Positions 1 through 6,748 of a stretch of DNA of 15,258 bases are shown here, in pieces (position 1 is the first letter of the stretch; each line of letters begins with the position of its first letter). The notes beneath the pieces are model-generated. The model was not told the origin of the DNA. It saw only the letters and a list, made by a program, of their open reading frames with translations, and did no database searches. This stretch comes from Candidatus Krumholzibacteriia bacterium (GTDB lineage Bacteria > Krumholzibacteriota > Krumholzibacteriia > LZORAL124-64-63). The DNA is taken from assembly GCA_046484865.1 (NCBI GenBank), contig JAWOID010000055.1:1-15258 (forward strand), written 5' to 3'. Made by a program: the position numbers and the translations under genes.

Positions 1-198
1 AAAGAGCAGAAACAGCAGGAACAGCAGCCCGCTGACAACTCCGCCCAGCTCTTCGCCCGTCCGGCGGTCCGCCTGAACCCGTACACCACGCCCGCGCACG
101 ACATCTTCATCTGTTCCTCGTCCACTCCGCCCGGCGGCGGCGTCCATGGCATGTGCGGCTACCACGCCGCGCGCGCGGTGCTGCGCCGGCACCGCTGA
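1..198 (+). CDS. 3' end of phytoene-dehydrogenase-like NAD(P)/FAD-dependent oxidoreductase (partial)
   Basis: Not in the ORF track. Frame +1 reads ...[50 protein letters not shown], with TGA at 196-198. The [20 protein letters not shown] motif is the typical C-terminus of this family. The first ~15 codons do not resemble the family. Confidence 0.8.
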   Translation, partial: KEQKQQEQQPADNSAQLFARPAVRLNPYTTPAHDIFICSSSTPPGGGVHGMCGYHAARAVLRRHR

Positions 199-205
199 GA
201 TCGGG

Positions 206-2122
206 TCAAGGGAGCGCCACGACCGCCTGCCGCGGCCGCAGGGTGGGATGGCACGTGCCGCACTCGGCCAGTCCGGCGCGGACCCCGCGCGCCTCCTCGC
301 GACGATGACACTCGAGACAGGTGCCGTGCAGGGCATCGAGATAGCCGGGGGCGGTGGCGAGTTGCAGGTCCGCCGGCGGCGGCTCGGTGCCCAGCCACAT
401 GTCGCGGCGATGGCATTCGAGGCAGTCGACCGTGGTGGCCGCCGACTCGGGCCGGCCCGGGGCGTGGCATTCGGCGCAGGCGCGGTTCTGCGGGCAGGGG
501 CCGGGCAGTTGCTTGTCGATCGCCACCGCACGCAGGTGGTGCGAATGATCGAAGATGCGGGTGGACGCCACCATGGTCCGATGGCAGCGCCAGCACGGGG
601 TGGCGCGGTCGTTCGGCAGGTTCATGTGATGACAGACGCGACAAGATTGTTCGACGCCGAGCCGGCGCTGATGGTCGGCGTGGGCGAACGCGACCCGTAC
701 GCCCGCGCGATCACCGTCGATCGCGAGCACCGAGCGGGTGGCGTCGAGCCCGACCGGTGGCGCGATGGGCTGCACGCCGGGAGTGCGGTAGGGGGGGTAC
801 ATCAACACCCATCCCAGCGGCAGCGCCACGGCCGCCAGGAGCGTCACCCGGTGCAGGCTGCTCGCCAGGGCTCCGCTCCACACGCGGCTGAAGACATCGA
901 AGACGGGGCGGCGACGCGTGGCGGCCGCCACCGGGGGAGCGAAGACGGCCAGGTTCTCGACCGCGGCCAGGAACACCAGACCCGCCGCAGCCACCACGCC
1001 GATGCTCAGCGCCCACTCCGCCAGCGAGGGCACGTAGGCGGTCTCCGCGCTGCGCCAGTACCCGAAGATCCCCACGTTCAGGCGGTTCAGCGCCAGCCCG
1101 ACCGCCGCCGAGCCTCCGGCCAGGACCAGCGCCGCCGGCGTGCGGCGCGTCCGCCTGATCGCCACGAGCGTCACCGGCAGCGCCGCCGTCAGGACCAGGT
1201 CCGCGACCCAGAGCCAGCTCTCCCAGGTGCCGGCGGTGAGCAGGGACCAGCGGTCGCCGCGCGCCAGGTCCGCCAGCTTGAGCACCAGGTAGCCCCCCAG
1301 CAGCCACGCGGCCACGGTGGCGAGGCCGCCCAGCATGGGCAGGTCGCGGGCCTCCCGGCGACCGGTCACGCTCGACGAATCCCGTCCCGCGACGGCGCAC
1401 GCGAGGCCCGGTCCGTCGGGGGTGCGGCCGAACACGGCCTCGGGATCGTACCAGTAGGCGTGGATGATGCGTAGGAGCACCAGCGTCATCAGTCCGCAGC
1501 CCATGGCCGAGAGGATGAAGAAGAGGGGCAGTGAGGGCGAGTACCAGAGCCCGTGCAGGCGCTGCGGGCTGACCAGGAACAGCGACCCGAGTGAGGAATG
1601 GTGCAGCGAGGAGAGCGAGATGCCCACGACGACGACGCCGAACCCGGCCCGGTGCAGCCAGCGCACGACACGCTCGGCGCGGAAGCGTTCGAGGACGGTG
1701 GGCGCCAGCTCGATGGCCGTGACGGTGAAGTAGAGCATCACGCACCAGAAGACCTCGAACAGGAACGAGTGGTGGTTCCACATCACCAGCGGGTGCCAGA
1801 AGCGGTCGGGTAGACCGATGTCGAACAGCAACGCGAAGCACGACGCTCCGTAACCCAGGAACGCCACCAGGATGGCGGGCTTCAGGAGCGGCCGGAAGCG
1901 CTCGCGGCGTAGCACGTACACCAGGAATCCCACCGTGAAGCCGCTCGTGGCCAGGGCCACGCCTGCGATCATGTTCAGGACCTTCCACAGTCCCCAGGGC
2001 GCCCCGTCGGTCAGGTTGGTGGTGGCGCCGAGGCCGAACACCAGCCGGAACACGGCGGCCACCAGACCCAGCAGGGCAAGCGTCCAGAGCAGGTCCTTCG
2101 TCACCCGGTTGCTATGCCTCAC
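206..2122 (-). CDS. NrfD/PsrC-family (HybB/HmcC/DsrP-like) polytopic membrane protein fused to a C-terminal hexaheme cytochrome c3-like domain
   Basis: GTG start at 2122 with RBS GAGGAGG 6 nt upstream, overlapping the upstream stop. HybB/HmcC motifs: GLGATTNLTDGAPWGLW, DIGLPDRFWHPLVMWNHHSFLFEVFWC, SSLHHSSLGSLF, YVPSLAEW. About 11 hydrophobic segments. The C-terminus has 6 CxxCH motifs (CRVCH, CWRCH, CAECH, CLECH, CLECH, CGTCH) and two FxHxxH motifs. Confidence 0.9.
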   Translation of the reverse strand: MRHSNRVTKDLLWTLALLGLVAAVFRLVFGLGATTNLTDGAPWGLWKVLNMIAGVALATSGFTVGFLVYVLRRERFRPLLKPAILVAFLGYGASCFALLFDIGLPDRFWHPLVMWNHHSFLFEVFWCVMLYFTVTAIELAPTVLERFRAERVVRWLHRAGFGVVVVGISLSSLHHSSLGSLFLVSPQRLHGLWYSPSLPLFFILSAMGCGLMTLVLLRIIHAYWYDPEAVFGRTPDGPGLACAVAGRDSSSVTGRREARDLPMLGGLATVAAWLLGGYLVLKLADLARGDRWSLLTAGTWESWLWVADLVLTAALPVTLVAIRRTRRTPAALVLAGGSAAVGLALNRLNVGIFGYWRSAETAYVPSLAEWALSIGVVAAAGLVFLAAVENLAVFAPPVAAATRRRPVFDVFSRVWSGALASSLHRVTLLAAVALPLGWVLMYPPYRTPGVQPIAPPVGLDATRSVLAIDGDRAGVRVAFAHADHQRRLGVEQSCRVCHHMNLPNDRATPCWRCHRTMVASTRIFDHSHHLRAVAIDKQLPGPCPQNRACAECHAPGRPESAATTVDCLECHRRDMWLGTEPPPADLQLATAPGYLDALHGTCLECHRREEARGVRAGLAECGTCHPTLRPRQAVVALP

Positions 2123-2948
2123 GGTTGTCCTCCTCGGCGGCCGCGGGATCCGGTTCGCCGCCGGGCTGCGTTGCACAGGCCGCGCCGGCGCCCGCGCCGG
2201 CGTCGCCGACCTCCTTCGCCAGCTTCATGCGGCGCCTCACGATCCAGTTGAGTCCCAGCAGGCCGGTGGCCACGCTCAGGCCGATGGCGGGAGTCTTCTC
2301 GATGAGCGGAACGGTGAGCTGCGGAATCGGTGGTGCCGACGCATCGGGCCAGCCGAGAGCCTCCAGCGGTACGTCGGAGACGTAGATCACCGACGTACCG
2401 CCGAGCTCGTGCTCGCCCCACACGTGCGGACGGTAGGCGCCGTGGCCGCGCGCGATGCGCGCATGGGCCTCCGCCAGCATCCCGTCGCGGTCGCCGAACG
2501 CCAGCGCCTCGTGCGGGCAGGCCTCCACGCAGGCGGGCGGCTGTCCATGCACCTGGCGGTCCGCGCACATGTCGCACTTGCGCACGAAGGGCCGCGTCTC
2601 GCCCCACTCGTAGCGCGGCACCTGGAAGGGGCACGCGATCATGCAGTAACGGCAACCGATGCACTTGGTGGGGTCGTAGACGACCGGCCCCTCGGGCGAG
2701 CGGGTGAGACCGCCCACCAGGCAGGCGGCCACGCAGCTCGGCTCCAGGCAGTGCATGCAGCTGCGGCGGGCGAACCGCCCGTCGGCCACGCGCTGGACCG
2801 CCAGCCAGCGGTCGGCCGAAAGCGCGTCCTTGGCGACGGCCCGGTCGTGGGCGGCCTGACGGGGATCGAGCTGGTGGGACGTCACGCAGGCGTCCGCGCA
2901 GCGCTCGCAGCCGGTGCAACGGGTCACGTCCACGAGAATGGCGTTCAT
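2112..2948 (-). CDS. 4x[4Fe-4S] electron-transfer subunit (HybA/HmcB/DsrO/NrfC family) with C-terminal membrane anchor
   Basis: ATG at 2948 overlaps the upstream TGA (TGATG). Sequence: MNAILVDVTRCTGCERCADAC...CMHCLEPSCVAAC...CIGCRYCMIACP...KCDMC..PACVEACP, followed by the HybA-like HVWGEHELGGTSVIYVS and a hydrophobic IGLSVATGLLGLNWIVRRR tail. Confidence 0.9.
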   Translation of the reverse strand: MNAILVDVTRCTGCERCADACVTSHQLDPRQAAHDRAVAKDALSADRWLAVQRVADGRFARRSCMHCLEPSCVAACLVGGLTRSPEGPVVYDPTKCIGCRYCMIACPFQVPRYEWGETRPFVRKCDMCADRQVHGQPPACVEACPHEALAFGDRDGMLAEAHARIARGHGAYRPHVWGEHELGGTSVIYVSDVPLEALGWPDASAPPIPQLTVPLIEKTPAIGLSVATGLLGLNWIVRRRMKLAKEVGDAGAGAGAACATQPGGEPDPAAAEEDNREA

Positions 2949-3646
2949 CAGACTCTCGCCTCGCTTCCGAAGAGGGCCTCGGCCACGCGAGCCCCGGCTC
3001 CCGGCCGCAGCTGCCAGTGCACGGCGGAGATGCGGTCGAAGGCGTACAGGACGACGTGGGCGAGCTTGGTGGTGGGCACCAGGACGAAGAGCAGTTCCGC
3101 GCCGAGCAGGTGCAGCAGCATCATCCACTCCCAGGGGAAGGGATTGATGCCCGGGTGCGACGCCAGGAACCCCGTGGCGAACGGCCCGGCGATGGCCAGC
3201 AGCAGCAGGTAATCCATCGGCCGCGACACCGCCCGCTGCCGGGCCACGAAGGTCCGGCAGCCGAGCAGCACCAGCAGGCAGCCGAGCGTGAGCAGCGTGA
3301 GGGCGTCCGCGAATCCCTGGCGGATGGCGGGCAGGCCGACGCCGAGCAGCCGTTCCCAGAGCACCACGTGGTCCGCCAGGAAGAGCGGCACGATGATCAG
3401 CCCCACGTGCAGCAGGAACGATGCGCTCGAGAAGATCACCGTGCCGCGGATCAGGTGGTGCAGCGGGACGGCCCAGGTGATGCTGTCCGCGACGATCTGC
3501 CTCCAGGGCGCCCGCCGGAGCTGCACGCCCTTCCCGTGCAACAGGGCCGTGGCCTGCACCACCACCAGGCGCAGCAGCGCCAGCAGCATGAAGCCGAAGG
3601 TGAGCGCGAACAACGGTCCGCGCGCGAAGTCGAGCAGTCTCTCCAC
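2948..3646 (-). CDS. NarI-family membrane cytochrome b (HmcE/DsrM/TmcC-like)
   Basis: GTG start with GGAGGAGG RBS. About 5 hydrophobic helices. Four putative heme-b His ligands in LLHVG...LADHV and LLHLL...PTTKLAHV, and an R-x(2)-S-x(3)-DY motif typical of NarI/DsrM. Confidence 0.85.
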   Translation of the reverse strand: MERLLDFARGPLFALTFGFMLLALLRLVVVQATALLHGKGVQLRRAPWRQIVADSITWAVPLHHLIRGTVIFSSASFLLHVGLIIVPLFLADHVVLWERLLGVGLPAIRQGFADALTLLTLGCLLVLLGCRTFVARQRAVSRPMDYLLLLAIAGPFATGFLASHPGINPFPWEWMMLLHLLGAELLFVLVPTTKLAHVVLYAFDRISAVHWQLRPGAGARVAEALFGSEARV

Positions 3647-3671
3647 GCCGTCCTCCTCCGTCGATTCCCCG

Positions 3672-3700
3672 GGCGATCGGTCGTCAGGCGATCGATCGCC
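3672..3700. other. Intercistronic inverted repeat (12-bp stem with one mismatch, 5-nt loop)
   Basis: GGCGATCGGTCG-TCAGG-CGATCGATCGCC, located between the CCG protein and cytochrome b genes. No poly-T tail. Confidence 0.55.
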
Positions 3701-3710
3701 GGCCTGTCCA

Positions 3711-3752
3711 GCCGATCCGGCCCGTGCCGATCCGTCCGGTGCCGATCAGTCC
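3711..3752. repeat. Imperfect 15-bp tandem repeat (~2.8 copies)
   Basis: GCCGATCCGGCCCGT / GCCGATCCGTCCGGT / GCCGATCAGTCC. The third copy contains the stop codon of the CCG gene. Confidence 0.65.
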
Positions 3753-5188
3753 ATCGCGAACAGCGCCGCTTCCTCCCGGCGTTCCTGCGGGCTCTTGCCG
3801 CCCGGGATCACGATGGCCTTGAGCAGCAGATCGTGCAGGCCCATGACCTGGCACGGCAGCTCGTAGAACTCCACCAGCTCCTTGAGCTGCTTCTTGCAGT
3901 TCGCGCAGGGCGAGATCACGATCTCCGCCCCCGTGGCTCGGATCTGCTCCGCCTTCACTCGGCCGCCGATGCGCATGCGGTAATCGTGGATCTCGTCCAC
4001 CGAGACCAGTCCGCCGCCGCCGCCGCAGCAGTAGTTGTGCTCCCCGTGCGGCTCCATCTCCACGAAGTCGGGGACGAAGGCGCGCAGGATCTCGCGCGGC
4101 TGCTCCACGATCCAGCCGGAACGGGCGATGTTGCACGGATCGTGGTACGTCACCTTCTGCGTGACGATCGTCGGGTCGAGCTGGATCTTCCCCTGCCGCA
4201 GGCAATCGAGCGTGTACTCCATGAAGTTGCGCACGGGGTAGGTGCGACGCCCGCCGAACACCGGCACGAACTGGCGCGCCGATCGCGACGCGTGGCCGCA
4301 CTCGCCGATGAGGATGCTGCGGCCCCGCAGGCGCTCGACCTCGGCCACCAGCTGCTGGATGATGCTCTCGAGGTGCCAGTCGCTGTAGAAGAGCCCGTAG
4401 TTGATGCCGTCGAAGTTGCCGGTGCCGATCGTCCACCGCTCCCAGTCGCCCGCCGCGTAGAGCACCGCCGCGTTGCCCATGAGCGTTTCGGGCTCCATCA
4501 GGTAGTCGCTCACCGCGCAGAAGAAGACCTGGTCGCGTCCCTCCTGGTCCACCGGGAACTCCAGCTCCACGCCCAGGGTGTCGGCCATTTCCTCGGCCAG
4601 GAAGCCAAGGGTGTGGATCATGGCCTTGGAAGGCACCTTGGACGTGTTGTGCGTCTCGCCCTCGAGCTGTTCCCGCACGCTCACCTGCAGCGCCTTCGGA
4701 ACGATGCCGATGAGGCTCAGCACATAGCGGCCGAGACGCGTCATCAGCCCATGATCCACGCCCAGAGGACATTCCAGGGTGCAACGCCGGCATGCGGTGC
4801 AGCGGTAGAAGACCTCGGCCATCTCGTCGATGAGCTCCTCGGTCAGCACGAAGCCGCGGCCGACGCGTGCCGACAGCCACCCGCCCAGGGTGAAGTAGCG
4901 ACGGTAGACCTCCAGCAGCAGGTTGGTGCGGTAGCAGGGGATGTCGCGCGCGTCGCCGGTCGTGGCGTAGATGGGACAGGTGACGGCGCACCGGTTGCAC
5001 TTGGCGCTGGTGCTCGCGTACGACTCCAGCAGCGCGCGGTAGTCGGTGTGCTCCAGCACCGCGGCGAACGCCTCGAGGAACTTCTCCACCCGGTGATCGG
5101 CGGGCGGGCTCTCGACGTAGTACGGGTATGCGTGCGTTGCCGGCGCCGGTGATGCGGCTGTACCGTTCGCAAGGGCTCTCGCTTCCAT
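3746..5188 (-). CDS. DsrK/HmcF-like (HdrD-family) Fe-S, CCG-domain oxidoreductase
   Basis: ATG at 5188 with GGAGG upstream, just downstream of a sigma-54 promoter. Ferredoxin motifs (S)AKCNRCAVTCP and CTACRRCTLECP. DsrK-like VYRRYFT.GG and IGECGHA segments. Intact C-terminal CCG domain YHDPCNIAR...NYCCGGGGG...SPCANC. Confidence 0.88.
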   Translation of the reverse strand: MEARALANGTAASPAPATHAYPYYVESPPADHRVEKFLEAFAAVLEHTDYRALLESYASTSAKCNRCAVTCPIYATTGDARDIPCYRTNLLLEVYRRYFTLGGWLSARVGRGFVLTEELIDEMAEVFYRCTACRRCTLECPLGVDHGLMTRLGRYVLSLIGIVPKALQVSVREQLEGETHNTSKVPSKAMIHTLGFLAEEMADTLGVELEFPVDQEGRDQVFFCAVSDYLMEPETLMGNAAVLYAAGDWERWTIGTGNFDGINYGLFYSDWHLESIIQQLVAEVERLRGRSILIGECGHASRSARQFVPVFGGRRTYPVRNFMEYTLDCLRQGKIQLDPTIVTQKVTYHDPCNIARSGWIVEQPREILRAFVPDFVEMEPHGEHNYCCGGGGGLVSVDEIHDYRMRIGGRVKAEQIRATGAEIVISPCANCKKQLKELVEFYELPCQVMGLHDLLLKAIVIPGGKSPQERREEAALFAMD

Positions 5189-5228
5189 GAACTCTCGACC
5201 TCCACGGGTTGCGGGCGATCGTCGAACC

Positions 5229-5243
5229 GCAAGAGGCATACCA
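5229..5243 (-). promoter_or_regulatory. Sigma-54 (-24/-12) promoter of the leftward redox operon
   Basis: The minus strand reads TGGTATG-CCTC-TTGC, with exact GG-N10-GC spacing, 40 nt upstream of the ATG at 5188. Confidence 0.8.
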
Positions 5244-5408
5244 GAGCCGACCGGAGTTTCGGCGCGACGAGGCCCGTCGTCGACAGCACCGGCAGTCGCG
5301 TTCCGCCAGCGCCTCCTGGAGCCCTCACGGCGTGCAACGGGGATTCTCGCCCGACTTGACGGCCGGTTCGTCGACGGCGGCGAGCACGCTGCGCGCGGGC
5401 GGCCCGGG

Positions 5409-5456
5409 CGTTGCACGTGTTGCAACGTCGCGTCGCTCTGCGACGGTGCCTGCGAC
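5409..5456. promoter_or_regulatory. Candidate enhancer (bEBP binding sites) in the divergent intergenic region
   Basis: Palindrome CGTTGCA-N5-TGCAACG at 5409-5427, followed by GTCGC and TGCGAC half-sites (TGCGAC at 5439 and 5451). It lies roughly midway between two sigma-54 promoters. Confidence 0.5.
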
Positions 5457-5633
5457 ATCGCCGGCGGCCGCGGCGCAGGTCGAGCGGCTTCCGGCGCTGC
5501 GACGGCTTCGCGCCGCCGACTGACGACCGTTTCCGCACTGGTCCACTCCGCGGGGCACTGGCGCCGCTTTGCGATCTCCTCGCCGGGCGCGCCGTGGCGC
5601 CTCTCTCCGCGAGAACCGCCACGGCTCCGTCGG

Positions 5634-5648
5634 TGGCACGTGCGTTGC
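5634..5648 (+). promoter_or_regulatory. Sigma-54 (-24/-12) promoter of the rightward operon
   Basis: TGGCACG-TGCG-TTGC, a perfect match to the consensus TGGCACG-N4-TTGC, 28 nt upstream of the ATG at 5677. Confidence 0.88.
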
Positions 5649-5676
5649 CTTGGTCGGCGACCGAAGGGACGTGCCC

Positions 5677-6702
5677 ATGCGCTACGGAATACCGCTGCTC
5701 GCCAACCGGATCGCCCCGCGCTGCACCAGCGCCGAGTCCGTGCTGGTGGTGGAACTCGCGGGCGGCGAGGTGAGGCAGGAGACGCTGGTGCCGTCGCGCG
5801 ACGCCACCTGGCCGGAACTCGTGGCCGTGCTCTCGGCGCACCGCGTGGATGCGGTGGTCTGCGGCGGCATCCCGCGGCCCGCCCGCGAGGAGTTGCGCGA
5901 GCGCGGCATCGCCGTGGTCGAGAACGTGGCCGCCACCGCCGACGCCGTCCTGGCGGCGCTGCTGGCGGACCGCCTGCATCCTGGCTTCGGGTTCGTCGAC
6001 GGCGAGGAGGCAGCCACCCGGCGCCGGGACATCGACCGGGAGGTCCGCGGGTCCGCCGGGGGCCACGGCCGGGAGGCGCCGCGCGGGGGAACCCTCCGCC
6101 GCGCCGCGCCCGGCGACTGCCTGGCCTGTCTCGACCGGGCCTGCCTGCGCGGCGCTCCCTGCCACCTGCTGCCGGTGGAACTGCCGGCGCCCCGCGGCGA
6201 GGAGGCTCGCATCCTGGAGGCGGCGCACGACATCTCGGGCGAGAGCGAGCGCACGCTCTGCCGTCTCTCGGAGCTGGTCTACTTCGGCCTGGAACTCGGC
6301 TATCACCGTCTGGGAGTGGCGTTCTGCTGGGACCTGCTGGAGCCCACGCGGATCCTGGTGGGCGTCCTGCGCCGGTTCTTCGCCGTGACGGCGGTGGGTT
6401 GCTGGGTGGGGGGGCAGACGGCTCCCGATCCCACCGGCGAGGACGCCGGCGCGGGCGAGCCGCTTCTTTGCCGTGTGGTCTGCAACCCCCGCGCGCAGGC
6501 TCGGGTGCTCGATGTGGCGGGCTGCGACCTCAATGTGACCGTGGGGCTGTGCATGGGCGCCGACTGCGTCTTCAACCAGGCGAGCCGCGCCCCGGTGACG
6601 GCGCTGTTCGTCAAGGACCGCTCGCTAGCCAACAATCCGATCGGGGCGCTCTACTCCGATCACTACCTGAAGGAGGCGCTGCAGGCGTCGGTGCGGCCCT
6701 GA
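5677..6702 (+). CDS. NifB/NifX-like (FeMo-co-binding fold) domain fused to a Cys-rich DUF1847 domain
   Basis: The N-terminus MRYGIPLLANRIAPRCTSAE...VDAVVCGGI...GIAVVENV is NifB/NifX-like. The C-terminus has DUF1847-like motifs LGYHRLGVAFC, CNPRAQA, DLNVTVGLCMGAD, APVTALFVKDR, NPIGALY, preceded by CLACLDRAC. The start is placed downstream of the sigma-54 promoter. Confidence 0.8.
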   Translation: MRYGIPLLANRIAPRCTSAESVLVVELAGGEVRQETLVPSRDATWPELVAVLSAHRVDAVVCGGIPRPAREELRERGIAVVENVAATADAVLAALLADRLHPGFGFVDGEEAATRRRDIDREVRGSAGGHGREAPRGGTLRRAAPGDCLACLDRACLRGAPCHLLPVELPAPRGEEARILEAAHDISGESERTLCRLSELVYFGLELGYHRLGVAFCWDLLEPTRILVGVLRRFFAVTAVGCWVGGQTAPDPTGEDAGAGEPLLCRVVCNPRAQARVLDVAGCDLNVTVGLCMGADCVFNQASRAPVTALFVKDRSLANNPIGALYSDHYLKEALQASVRP

Positions 6703-6748
6703 CGCCGCGGACCGCCGAACGTCGGGCGCGAGTTCCGGGGAGGAAGAG

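Noticed and set aside
206..2948. Calling these genes hybA/hybB of hydrogenase-2, or the operon dsrMKJOP
   Set aside because: No hydrogenase subunits, maturases, dsrAB or dsrC are in the window, and the gene order and fusion differ. Orthology needs phylogeny, so no symbols were assigned.
3017..5152. Long antisense or alternate-frame ORFs (e.g. 146..1474+, 1872..3212+, 3017..5152+, 4843..6306-, 5187..6752+, 13694..15109+, 13827..15119-)
   Set aside because: They overlap well-supported genes, are Arg/Gly/Pro-rich with no motifs, and are expected shadows in high-GC DNA.
5189..5458. N-terminal extension of the CCG ORF to 5458 (likewise extensions to 2176, 3128, 11608, 12159, 13587 and 15169)
   Set aside because: These extensions run across promoters or upstream genes. 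Downstream starts have an RBS or stop/start overlap and match the family N-termini.
5559..5572. Second sigma-54-like element TGGCGCCGCTTTGC
   Set aside because: GG-to-GC spacing is one base short, and sigma-54 spacing is strict.
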